NCBI RefSeq assembly: GCF_036507355.1
Contig: NZ_AP027877.1
Strand: one strand, 5' to 3'
DNA length: 64,000 bases
Source: Escherichia coli
GTDB lineage: Bacteria; Pseudomonadota; Gammaproteobacteria; Enterobacterales; Enterobacteriaceae
Numbering within the stretch: the first letter of the stretch is position 1; every line of letters begins with the position of its first letter. Of the stretch, positions 23,399 to 33,005 are shown piece after piece. The notes below the pieces were generated by a model. The model saw nothing but the letters and a program-made list of their open reading frames with translations. It was not told where the DNA came from and ran no database searches. Made by a program: the position numbers and the translations under genes.

Positions 23399-23860
23399 TT
23401 ACTCAGTATGATCAGCGGCATCCTTTGGGGTGCCGTTTTGCTTTATCCGGTCATTAATTTCCTCCAGCAAGTCTTCAGCCTTAACCAATTCTCTGATTGC
23501 CTTTGCTGTCCGCGCTGCCTCTGCTTCAGCTTTGTCGGCTGATTTTTTGGCTAACTGTTCGCGCCTTTCGGCTCTGGCTTGAGCATCCAACTCCCAATCG
23601 CATGAAAGGTGGCGGCCATCTAGATACCTGCTTACGATAACGCCTCTTTCATCCGTATCCTCATGAATGAACCACCAGCCATGCTTCTCGTTCATTAATT
23701 GCTGCAATGGTGAGCGATAGTGTTTACCTGCTATTTGAAGTAATTCGTCTTCACAAACAGGGCCATCAACCAGCGCGCGCCAGATTCGATATGCCTTTGT
23801 GCCTGGCTTAGGGATAGTGTGCAACGGCGCAGTAATCAGGATTTTCTCCCAGTTCTTCAT
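23399..23860 (-). CDS. hypothetical protein (153 aa) between alpA and primase
   Basis: ORF MKNWEKILITAPLHTIPKPGTKAYRIWRALVDG...; ATG overlaps alpA stop (ATGA); charged coiled-coil-like C-terminus. Confidence 0.55.
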   Translation of the reverse strand: MKNWEKILITAPLHTIPKPGTKAYRIWRALVDGPVCEDELLQIAGKHYRSPLQQLMNEKHGWWFIHEDTDERGVIVSRYLDGRHLSCDWELDAQARAERREQLAKKSADKAEAEAARTAKAIRELVKAEDLLEEINDRIKQNGTPKDAADHTE

Positions 23861-24030
23861 TTTTTGGCCTCCAGCCATGAGTTGATTTCTGTTGAAGACC
23901 ATGCTGTAACGCGTTCAGAAAGTTTTATGGGTTTTGGTATCTTCCCGGTTCTTGCCCAGCGCCAAAGAGAAGAAACGCTAATTCCCAGTTGGTTAGCCAG
24001 GTCTTTAGGGCGTAAATATTGCGTTTTCAT
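23857..24030 (-). CDS. alpA: AlpA-family transcriptional regulator
   Basis: 57-aa ORF MKTQYLRPKDLANQLGISVSSLWRWARTGKIPKPIKL... (HTH, AlpA/Xis-like); GAGG SD. Confidence 0.75.
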   Translation of the reverse strand: MKTQYLRPKDLANQLGISVSSLWRWARTGKIPKPIKLSERVTAWSSTEINSWLEAKK

Positions 24031-24112
24031 TTGGTATACCTCGCTCAACGCACTGCCACTCAGTGCTACGACAGCAAAGATAAAGGCATCCAGTGGCAGA
24101 TATAATGCGCAG

Positions 24113-24150
24113 CAAAGTAGGTCTTCACTTTCAAAGTAGGTCTTCACTTT
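24113..24150. promoter_or_regulatory. tandem 19-bp direct repeat upstream of alpA (candidate operator)
   Basis: caaagtaggtcttcacttt repeated twice back-to-back, directly seen; overlaps stop of upstream 283-aa gene. Confidence 0.5.
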
Positions 24151-24995
24151 TGTGAGAATGTTTCAGGGAACCATTCTTGTAGTTGCTGCCTAAGTTTTTG
24201 GCATCTAGAATCATCTTTAATATTGATATCTATACCTTCCTTTGCGGCATACCTTTTTATCGCTTCAATTGTTGCGTCCAGAGTGATGGAGCCGCGTACC
24301 CCCTTACATTCTTCAATCTCATGCTTCAGAACGTATTCAGCTACCTTGCGGCGATTGGCGTGTATCTGAGCGTATCGGATAGTTCGCCCGTCGGTATTGT
24401 CACCAATCGTTTTTAGTGCCTGTTTTGCCTGTGCCGCTTCATAAACTCGCTCAATGTCTTCGGCAGACAGGAACGTTTCATTCATAGAAATAACAAGCGA
24501 GTTATCACCAGTAAAAGTGATGTCCAAACTCCCAACCCCATCAGGACGTTCGTCTATAGCCTCCAGATAATTATTAATGGTGTCCTTGTTTAACCTTATC
24601 GGCTCATTTGGCCTTATAGGAAAAGATGACGGTATGGCCCAGTAACCAGAAGCAATGCCAGTACACCAGAAACAATCTTCCTCAGTGGAAATATGGAAAT
24701 CGGTGCTGACTTTTGAAAGCTCAAGCCCTAACGGGTGAGGTCGATTTTTCGTGGCGCATCCCATATATAGCGCCTCGGCAATTTCTTTCGCATTGTTTTG
24801 GATTAACTCCCGGGAAAGAAAGCCTCCAAATGAACAAGGCTCGCCATTGAGGAGAGCATACAGATGGATCCGGCGCTCTTGATGGTAAGCAACCAACGTA
24901 GTAGGACTTACACCCAACAGCTCGCTTGCCTCAGCTATAGATACTGGCCCATCAGGTCTAACCCTTTTCTTTTTTTCCCAGATTGAAGCGCGCAT
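24144..24995 (-). CDS. hypothetical HTH-domain protein (283 aa)
   Basis: N-terminal helix-turn-helix-like segment SIAEASELLGVSPTTLVAYHQ; remainder unrecognised; sits between int and alpA. Confidence 0.55.
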   Translation of the reverse strand: MRASIWEKKKRVRPDGPVSIAEASELLGVSPTTLVAYHQERRIHLYALLNGEPCSFGGFLSRELIQNNAKEIAEALYMGCATKNRPHPLGLELSKVSTDFHISTEEDCFWCTGIASGYWAIPSSFPIRPNEPIRLNKDTINNYLEAIDERPDGVGSLDITFTGDNSLVISMNETFLSAEDIERVYEAAQAKQALKTIGDNTDGRTIRYAQIHANRRKVAEYVLKHEIEECKGVRGSITLDATIEAIKRYAAKEGIDINIKDDSRCQKLRQQLQEWFPETFSQK

Positions 24996-25049
24996 TTTTC
25001 ACCCTGCCTGTCTTTTATTTGTTCGATTGATGTTCGGGCCAGAAATTTT

Positions 25050-25158
25050 TGTCCCGTCCTGTCCCGTCTTTTGTCCCGGTTTTGTCCCATAACCATTCTT
25101 GTAACCAGCTGTATTTATTGAGTCTTTACAAAACGGGACAAACGGGACAGATGGGACA
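25050..25158. repeat. second iteron cluster (4x TGTCCC, ~45-bp spacer, 3x GGGACA); crr-like site or operator
   Basis: Hexamers at 25050, 25060, 25072, 25083, 25135, 25144, 25153; same hexamer and architecture as 20556..20665, ~4.5 kb away. Confidence 0.55.
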
Positions 25159-25181
25159 AGCAAAAAAACAATATTGAAAAT

Positions 25182-26441
25182 CTATCTGGCTTGCCTCAGT
25201 GGTGTAACGTTGTACTCTTCGCCCCGTTCAAGCGCTTCCATCAGGTTGCCCAGCATGGCCAGCGCTTCCCGCCGTTCGTTTAAATATTGGTGACGGTTGT
25301 AGATGCCTTCGACGCCTTTAATGCGGTGATTAAGGCAACGTTCGGCAACGATAGGATCAACGCCCAGCGCTCCTAAGTGGGTTCGGGCGGTGCGCCTAAG
25401 GTCGTGAATAGTGAAGTTAGGTACGCCCGGCATTGCCTGCTTAACCTTCGCCAGCGCAACGGGCAGGGTGCTTTCCTGAATGTGGGGGATCATGCGGTGC
25501 TGTTGTTTTCGCGCAGGTAGTACCCATTTGCTGTTACAGGAAAGAAGGCGCAATTCTTCAAGCCATTCGATAGCCTGCTTTGGCAGCGGAATATCAATCC
25601 CGTCGCCCGTCTTTGTACGCTCGCCCGGCAAGTACCAAATGCCATTGGCTAAATCGAACTCGCTCCAGCGTGCGGCGCATAGCTCCATCTTTCTCACGCA
25701 AGTGACCAGCAGCAGCTTTATCGTCAATTCGTTCTCGCGGCTAAAGCCTTTCGCCATTCGCATGGCTTCAAAGAGTTGAACCAGTTCCGGCCTGGTTAAC
25801 CATCGTTCTCGAGATGTTTCCTTACCGCCCGCGTCACTTATATCAAAGGCGGCTGCGGGGTTAACCTCAATCATTCCCAGCTTGATCGCATGGTCAAAGA
25901 TGCGGCGTACCCATCGCAGGACGTCATTAGCAACGGATGGCGCACCACGTTTTAAGATGGCCTGAAGCAAGGCATCAATATCTCGGGGTTTGACGTCCTT
26001 AACCTTTTTCTGACCTATGCGAGGATTAATGTCTTTCGCCAGACGACGGCGGAGGATGTCGGGGTGTTTCCATGTACCCAGTACTTTCTTCTTAAAATAG
26101 TCTTCAGCTACTTCGGACACTGTTTTGTCATGCTGGTCGGCTTCCAACTGGGCTTTTAATGCGGCTTTTCGCTCCTGCTTCTCACCGGCAACGTCATACC
26201 CCAGGGAAACACGAGCAGCCAGCTCTCGGGTGATCTCCCGGGCTTTAGCCAGTGAGATAACGCCATACGCGCCAATTGTCATAACACGAGGCTTGCCAGC
26301 GAAGCGGTAGCGGAAACGCCATGATGGGGACGTGTCAGTAGTGCGATAGCGCAAATATAAACCGTTACCGTCCGATTTACCCTCGAACCTTGTTCCGGCC
26401 TTTATCCAGGCCTTGATCTGAATGTCTGTTAGCTTGCCCAT
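25182..26441 (-). CDS. int: tyrosine site-specific integrase (P4-type)
   Basis: 419-aa ORF; N-terminal arm-binding-like domain (GLYLRYR), C-terminal catalytic residues (HDLRRTARTHL ... GIYNRHQY); adjacent to attR. Confidence 0.85.
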   Translation of the reverse strand: MGKLTDIQIKAWIKAGTRFEGKSDGNGLYLRYRTTDTSPSWRFRYRFAGKPRVMTIGAYGVISLAKAREITRELAARVSLGYDVAGEKQERKAALKAQLEADQHDKTVSEVAEDYFKKKVLGTWKHPDILRRRLAKDINPRIGQKKVKDVKPRDIDALLQAILKRGAPSVANDVLRWVRRIFDHAIKLGMIEVNPAAAFDISDAGGKETSRERWLTRPELVQLFEAMRMAKGFSRENELTIKLLLVTCVRKMELCAARWSEFDLANGIWYLPGERTKTGDGIDIPLPKQAIEWLEELRLLSCNSKWVLPARKQQHRMIPHIQESTLPVALAKVKQAMPGVPNFTIHDLRRTARTHLGALGVDPIVAERCLNHRIKGVEGIYNRHQYLNERREALAMLGNLMEALERGEEYNVTPLRQAR

Positions 26442-26553
26442 ATCACCTCATTGGTTGCGTACCCTATCTACTTAATGCCTCTGCCTCATAGGGACACTAT
26501 TGGGTACACGAGAAATATGCGCTTTTATGATGCTAACTGCAACTTTGTGATAT

Positions 26554-26579
26554 GAAAAAAGCCCGTGATTAGCGGGCTT
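26554..26579 (-). terminator. rho-independent terminator supplied by the island for yicC
   Basis: minus-strand agcccg-ctaatca-cgggct hairpin followed by TTTTTT, ~40 nt downstream of the yicC stop, inside the island. Confidence 0.6.
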
Positions 26580-26617
26580 TGTAGGTGGTGTGATTCTGTA
26601 TGATATGGGGTGATACG

Positions 26618-27481
26618 CTACTCAATATTCTGAATCTGCTCGCGCATCTGCTCAATCAACACTTTCAGCTCGATGGCGGAGTTTGTCACTTCGGCGTTGA
26701 TAGATTTCGACGCAAGAGTGTTCGACTCGCGGTTGAACTCCTGCATCATAAAGTCCAGACGACGACCAACGGCTTCTTTTTTCTTCAGAATGTTGTAGGT
26801 CTCTTTGACATGCGCTTCGAGGCGGTCCAGTTCTTCGGCAACGTCAATTCGTTGTGCCAGCAGAACCAACTCCTGCTCCAGACGGTTGTTTTCCAACTGC
26901 ACCTGAGCATCTTCCAGCTTCGCGACCAAGCGTTCACGCTGCCATTGCAGGATTTCCGGCATATGGGAGCGGACTTTGACCACTTCGGCGGTGACGCCTT
27001 CCAGACGCTGCTCAATCAACGCTTTCAGCGCCTGACCTTCGGTTTCGCGAGCGATGATAAAGTCATCCAGGGTGCCATCCAACGCTGCGAGAATTTCAGC
27101 GGCAATCGCGTCGAGATCTTGCTCCTGGGCCGCCATCACGCCCGGCCAGCGTAGAATATCAACCGGGTTGATTTCCCCTTCGTCACTCTGCATTTTTACC
27201 CAGTTCGCGGCAGTTACCAGCTGTTTAGCCAGTTTTTCGTTGAGGATCAGCTCACCTTGCGCGCTAACATCTGGCTCATAGCGCAGAGTACATTCCACTT
27301 TACCGCGCGTCAGGCGAGAACGAATACGCTCACGAACGACAGGTTCAAGGCTACGGAACTGCTCCGGCAGACGAAAGTAAGTTTCCAGATAACGCTGGTT
27401 TACCGAGCGCATTTCCCAGGTTGCGCTCCCCCATTCACCCTTGATTTCACGCCGGGCGTAGGCGGTCATACTGCGGATCAT
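26618..27481 (-). CDS. yicC: YicC-family stress-induced protein
   Basis: 287-aa ORF MIRSMTAYARREIKGEWGSATWEMRSVNQRYLE... ending ...EQIQNIE. Confidence 0.9.
   Translation of the reverse strand: MIRSMTAYARREIKGEWGSATWEMRSVNQRYLETYFRLPEQFRSLEPVVRERIRSRLTRGKVECTLRYEPDVSAQGELILNEKLAKQLVTAANWVKMQSDEGEINPVDILRWPGVMAAQEQDLDAIAAEILAALDGTLDDFIIARETEGQALKALIEQRLEGVTAEVVKVRSHMPEILQWQRERLVAKLEDAQVQLENNRLEQELVLLAQRIDVAEELDRLEAHVKETYNILKKKEAVGRRLDFMMQEFNRESNTLASKSINAEVTNSAIELKVLIEQMREQIQNIE
26622..26638. other. attR core (tcaatAttctgaatctg) within the last codons of yicC
   Basis: 17-bp direct repeat of 18487..18503 with one mismatch. Confidence 0.7.
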
Positions 27482-27607
27482 AGACGTTCCTGTTTATAAA
27501 AGGAGAGGTGGAAGGATTATAGCCATCGATGCCTTGTCAGGATAGGAATAACCGCCGGAAGTCCGTATAATGCGCAGCCACATTTGTTTCAAGCCGGAGA
27601 TTTCAAT

Positions 27608-28324
27608 ATGCGTCCAGCAGGCCGTAGCAATAATCAGGTGCGTCCCGTTACCCTGACTCGTAACTATACAAAACATGCAGAAGGCTCGGTGCTGGTCGAA
27701 TTTGGCGATACCAAAGTGTTGTGTACCGCCTCTATTGAAGAAGGCGTGCCGCGCTTCCTGAAAGGTCAGGGCCAGGGCTGGATCACCGCAGAGTACGGCA
27801 TGCTGCCACGTTCTACCCACACCCGTAACGCTCGTGAAGCGGCGAAAGGTAAGCAGGGTGGACGCACAATGGAAATCCAGCGTCTGATCGCCCGTGCTCT
27901 TCGCGCGGCAGTAGATTTGAAAGCGCTGGGTGAGTTCACCATTACGCTGGACTGCGACGTGCTTCAGGCTGATGGTGGCACGCGTACCGCGTCGATTACG
28001 GGTGCCTGCGTGGCGCTGGCAGATGCGCTACAGAAGCTGGTGGAAAACGGCAAGCTGAAAACCAACCCGATGAAAGGGATGGTAGCCGCAGTTTCTGTCG
28101 GAATTGTGAACGGCGAAGCGGTTTGCGATCTGGAATACGTTGAAGACTCAGCCGCAGAGACCGACATGAACGTAGTGATGACCGAAGACGGGCGCATCAT
28201 TGAAGTGCAGGGGACGGCAGAAGGCGAGCCGTTCACCCATGAAGAGTTACTCACCTTGTTGGCGCTGGCCCGAGGGGGAATCGAATCCATTGTAGCGATG
28301 CAGAAGGCGGCGCTGGCAAACTGA
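27608..28324 (+). CDS. rph: ribonuclease PH
   Basis: ATG at 27608 ([20 protein letters not shown]...), full-length 238-aa frame. Confidence 0.95.
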   Translation: MRPAGRSNNQVRPVTLTRNYTKHAEGSVLVEFGDTKVLCTASIEEGVPRFLKGQGQGWITAEYGMLPRSTHTRNAREAAKGKQGGRTMEIQRLIARALRAAVDLKALGEFTITLDCDVLQADGGTRTASITGACVALADALQKLVENGKLKTNPMKGMVAAVSVGIVNGEAVCDLEYVEDSAAETDMNVVMTEDGRIIEVQGTAEGEPFTHEELLTLLALARGGIESIVAMQKAALAN

Positions 28325-28331
28325 TTTTTAA

Positions 28332-28358
28332 GGCGACTGATGAGTCGCCTTTTTTTTG
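28332..28358 (+). terminator. rph terminator / pyrE attenuator hairpin
   Basis: ggcgactga-tgagtcgcc hairpin followed by TTTTTTTT between rph and pyrE. Confidence 0.7.
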
Positions 28359-28389
28359 TCTGTAGAAAAGTAAGATGAGGAGCGAAGGC

Positions 28390-29031
28390 ATGAAACCATA
28401 TCAGCGCCAGTTTATTGAATTTGCGCTTAGCAAGCAGGTGTTAAAGTTTGGTGAGTTTACGCTGAAATCCGGGCGCAAAAGCCCCTATTTCTTCAACGCC
28501 GGGCTGTTTAATACCGGGCGCGATCTGGCACTGTTAGGCCGTTTTTACGCTGAAGCATTGGTGGATTCCGGCATTGAGTTCGATCTGCTGTTTGGCCCTG
28601 CTTACAAAGGGATCCCGATTGCTACCACAACCGCCGTGGCGCTGGCGGAGCATCATGACCTGGACCTGCCGTACTGCTTTAACCGCAAAGAGGCAAAAGA
28701 CCACGGTGAAGGCGGCAATCTGGTCGGTAGCGCGTTACAAGGACGCGTAATGCTGGTGGATGATGTGATCACCGCCGGAACGGCGATTCGCGAGTCGATG
28801 GAAATTATTCAGGCCAATGGCGCGACGCTTGCTGGCGTATTGATTTCGCTTGATCGTCAGGAACGCGGGCGCGGCGAGATTTCGGCGATTCAGGAAGTTG
28901 AGCGTGATTACAACTGCAAAGTGATCTCTATCATCACCCTGAAAGATCTGATTGCCTACCTGGAAGAGAAGCCGGAAATGGCGGAACATCTGGCGGCGGT
29001 TAAGGCCTATCGCGAAGAGTTCGGCGTTTAA
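28390..29031 (+). CDS. pyrE: orotate phosphoribosyltransferase
   Basis: ATG at 28390 ([29 protein letters not shown]...), PRPP-binding motif [12 protein letters not shown]. Confidence 0.95.
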
Positions 29032-29067
29032 AGAAACTCGCCGGATGAAAAGTCATCCGGCGTCATA

Positions 29068-29664
29068 TTACTGCAACTGCGCGGCAATTAGCGGCCAGCG
29101 GGCGTCAAAATCATCCGTCGGGCGGTATTTAAACTCGCTGCGGACAAAGCGTGACAGCATACCTTCACAGAAGGCCAGGATCTGGCTTGCCAGCAGGGTT
29201 TCATCGGTGGTGTAACCTTCACCCTCACGCATTCTCTTTTCACGCAATACCTGGCGCAACTGCGCTTCAATACGCTCGCACAGCTGGTTGATGCGCCCTT
29301 GCAGGCGATCCTGTTCAAACATCAGCGCATGACCAGTGAGGATGCGGGTCAGGCCAGGATTACGCTCACCAAAACCGAGAAGCAGCAACACTATCAGACG
29401 CAGGCGCGCTGTGGTGTCTTTCTCATCTTTCAGAATCAGATTGATGCGAGTAATCAGGCTATCTTCGATAAACTCAATCAGGCTATCGAACATGCGGGTC
29501 TTACTGGGGAAGTGGCGATACAGTGCCGCTTCGGAAACGCCGACAGAGGCGGCCAGTTTTGCCGTCGTGATACGTTGGCTTCCATCGCTGGATTCCAGCA
29601 TCAGCGCCAGAGACTGAAGTATTTCCTCGCGACGGTTCCTTTTCGCAGTTTGTTTTTCTGCCAT
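29068..29664 (-). CDS. slmA: nucleoid occlusion factor SlmA (TetR family)
   Basis: ATG at 29664 ([24 protein letters not shown]...), TetR-type HTH. Confidence 0.9.
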   Translation of the reverse strand: MAEKQTAKRNRREEILQSLALMLESSDGSQRITTAKLAASVGVSEAALYRHFPSKTRMFDSLIEFIEDSLITRINLILKDEKDTTARLRLIVLLLLGFGERNPGLTRILTGHALMFEQDRLQGRINQLCERIEAQLRQVLREKRMREGEGYTTDETLLASQILAFCEGMLSRFVRSEFKYRPTDDFDARWPLIAAQLQ

Positions 29665-29770
29665 GTTACAAAATACCCCTGAAAATAAGCACTTGCCAGG
29701 CGGCACCCACGCTATGACCGCAAACGAAATGTTTGCGGCTATGTTATGACGTTATTCGGATGCGTATGTG

Positions 29771-30229
29771 TTACTGACGACCAGAGTGACCAAAGCCGCC
29801 TTCACCGCGGTCGGTGGCGTCGAAATCTTCCACCAGATTAAATTCAGCCTGTACTACTGGAACAAAAATCATCTGGGCGATGCGTTCGCCAGGTTGAATG
29901 GTGAAGCTGTCCTGACCACGGTTCCACACGGAAATCATCAACTGGCCCTGATAGTCGGAATCGATCAATCCTACCAGGTTACCAAGCACGATACCGTGCT
30001 TATGTCCCAATCCGGAGCGCGGCAGCATCATTGCCGCCAGTGAAGGATCGGCAATATGAATCGCCAGCCCGGTCGGAACCAGCGTAGTGTCACCCGGAGC
30101 CAGTTCTACGGCGTCGTCGAGACAGGCACGCAGGTCAAGTCCGGCAGAGCCAGAGGTGGCATAAGTCGGGAGCGGAAATTCCTTCCCAACGCGCGGGTCC
30201 AGAATCTTAACGTCGATTTTTTTCATCAT
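29771..30229 (-). CDS. dut: dUTP diphosphatase
   Basis: 152-aa [18 protein letters not shown]..., dUTPase motifs. Confidence 0.95.
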
Positions 30230-31427
30230 AACGGGTCACGATCTCGTCGAGTAATAATTGGCCAAGGAGCTCTTTGCGCTCAAGCGGTAAGACTTTATCT
30301 CCGTCCTGCCAGAAAAGGTGTAATGCGTTGTTGTCGCTGTTAAATCCTTGAGTTGGCTGGGAAACATCGTTCGCGCAGATCAGATCAAGGTTTTTACGGA
30401 TACGTTTTTGCCGGGCGTATTCTTCCACATTATTTGTTTCGGCGGCAAATCCAACGACGTAGGGTCGATGGTCTTTTAGTGCGGCAACGCCTGCGACGAT
30501 ATCGGGGTTTTTAACCATTTTTATTGTTAATTCATCACTCTGCGTGGCCTGCTTTTTGATTTTTTCTGGGGCCACGGTAGCTGCGCGATAATCCGCCACG
30601 GCGGCGCAACCGATAAAAATATTTTGCTGCTGTACAGAAGCATTCACGGCGGCTTCCATTTCCAGCGCGGTCATCACATCAACACGTTTAACAAACGGTG
30701 GCGTCGGTAGTGAAACCGGACCTGATACCAGCGTGACGTTCGCGCCACGACGGGCAGCGGCGGCAGCGATAGCAAAACCCATCTTGCCGGAGCTGTGATT
30801 AGAGATATAACGCACCGGATCGAGCGGTTCACGCGTCGGACCGGCGGTAATCATAATGTTCAGATGTTTCAGGTCGTTGACGGGCGAAAAATGCGCTACC
30901 GCCATATCCACAATGGTTAACGGATCGAGCATTCGCCCTGGGCCGATATCACCACAAGCCTGACTGCCACTGTCTGGCCCCCAGATGAGCAAACCACGGG
31001 AGGCAAGCACCTCTAAATTATGCTGCGTGGCAGCGGCACGGTACATCTGCTGGTTCATGGCGGGGAGCACGGCTACAGGCGCAGGTGTAGCCAGACAAAT
31101 CGTCGATACCAGGTCATTCGCCATTCCGGCAGCAACACGGGCAATCAAATCTGCCGTGGCAGGGGCGAGAATCACTAAATCAGCCCATTTACCCAGCTCA
31201 ATATGGCCCATAGCGGCTTCGGCTGCCGGGTCCAGCAGACTGTCGGAAACGGGATAACCAGAAACCGCCTGCAAGCTAAGTGGGGTGATAAAGGCTTTTG
31301 CCGCTTCGGTCATGGCTACGCGGACGTCGGCCCCGCGATCGCGCAAACGACGCACCAGTTCAGGGGTTTTATAGGCAGCAATACCGCCGCTAACGCCGAG
31401 AACGATTTTTTTACCGGCCAGGCTCAT
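30207..31427 (-). CDS. coaBC: bifunctional phosphopantothenoylcysteine decarboxylase / synthetase
   Basis: ATG at 31427 ([20 protein letters not shown]...), flavoprotein N-domain and CoaB C-domain. Confidence 0.9.
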
Positions 31428-31592
31428 GATGATTTTTCCTGTAGGGTGACACCAGAAGTTGGCGATTTTATCACAATACTTTTGTTGTCGTGCCTTCACC
31501 TGAGATTCACTTTGCGAGGCGCTTTCCAGGATTGAAAACTGACCGTCGATTTAACGGAACGGCTATGACAGGATGCGAGCACCACAAAGGAG

Positions 31593-32267
31593 GTGAAGGT
31601 GAAAAACAATGCACAGCTGTTGATGCCGCGCGAAAAAATGCTGAAGTTTGGTATTAGCGCCTTAACGGATGTCGAGCTGCTGGCGCTATTTCTGCGTACC
31701 GGAACGCGCGGTAAAGATGTATTAACCCTGGCAAAAGAGATGCTGGAGAATTTCGGCTCTCTTTATGGGTTGTTAACCTCTGAATATGAACAATTTAGTG
31801 GTGTTCATGGAATTGGCGTGGCGAAATTTGCCCAGTTAAAGGGGATTGCTGAACTGGCGCGGCGTTACTACAACGTGCGGATGCGTGAAGAAAGCCCTTT
31901 ACTCAGCCCGGAGATGACGCGGGAATTTTTACAAAGCCAGCTCACGGGTGAGGAGCGGGAGATCTTTATGGTGATCTTTCTCGACTCACAACACCGGGTT
32001 ATAACGCATAGCCGTCTTTTTTCCGGCACGCTAAACCATGTTGAAGTCCATCCTCGGGAAATTATCCGCGAAGCGATAAAAATAAACGCCTCGGCGCTGA
32101 TCCTTGCACATAATCACCCTTCGGGTTGTGCTGAACCCAGTAAAGCGGATAAACTCATTACTGAACGGATAATAAAGAGTTGTCAGTTCATGGATTTACG
32201 CGTGCTCGACCATATCGTGATTGGGCGTGGAGAGTATGTTTCTTTTGCCGAACGCGGCTGGATTTAA
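31593..32267 (+). CDS. radC: RadC-like JAB-domain protein (UPF0758)
   Basis: ORF ...[32 protein letters not shown]..., JAMM motif HNHPSG; exact start (GTG 31593 or 31599) uncertain. Confidence 0.85.
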
Positions 32268-32462
32268 CCCGCTATGCGCGATCCTTCGGGATCTTTGTCT
32301 GTTCGGGACTTGAGCACATCGCTGAGTCAGCGTATACTACGCCACCTTTGAGAATCTCGGGTTTGGCATTTGGGCCTGGCAATCGAGAGTTCACATAGAA
32401 CTGCGATGACCGGGCTGTAAAGCCTGACGAGGCGCCAATACCCCATACGAAGCTCGAGCTAA

Positions 32463-32720
<258 letters not shown>

Positions 32721-32737
32721 GTACTTAGAGGAAATAA

Positions 32738-32908
<171 letters not shown>

Positions 32909-32926
32909 TTCTCGCTTTGATGTAAC

Positions 32927-32957
32927 AAAAAACCTCGCTCCGGCGGGGTTTTTTGTT
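32927..32957 (+). terminator. rho-independent terminator after rpmBG
   Basis: cctcgc-tccg-gcgggg hairpin followed by TTTTTTG. Confidence 0.65.
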
Positions 32958-33005
32958 ATCTGCTTGCCCCCATATTGACTGCATCTGTTCATTCCTGGAG
33001 ATGCT

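Larger units (their letters stand above)
18504..26621 (-). mobile_element. P4-like / PICI-like phage-satellite integrative island (~8.1 kb)
   Basis: Bounded by 17-bp direct repeats; contains tyrosine integrase, AlpA, Toprim primase, Walker-A helicase and iterons, all on the minus strand; no capsid or terminase genes recognised. Confidence 0.8.

Noticed and set aside
20556-25158. CRISPR array interpretation of the hexamer repeats
   Set aside because: Repeats are only 6 bp, irregularly spaced and partly inverted; no cas genes; not a CRISPR array.
18504-26621. Packaging module (terS/terL, capsid, cos) within the island
   Set aside because: No ORF resembles a terminase or capsid protein and I could not recognise P2/P4 or lambda cos from memory; the island may rely wholly on a helper, or packaging signals are in the unassigned repeat region.
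18400-26640. tRNA gene as the integration target
   Set aside because: No tRNA-like sequence at either boundary; the direct repeat lies within the last codons of yicC, so this island targets a protein-gene 3' end.
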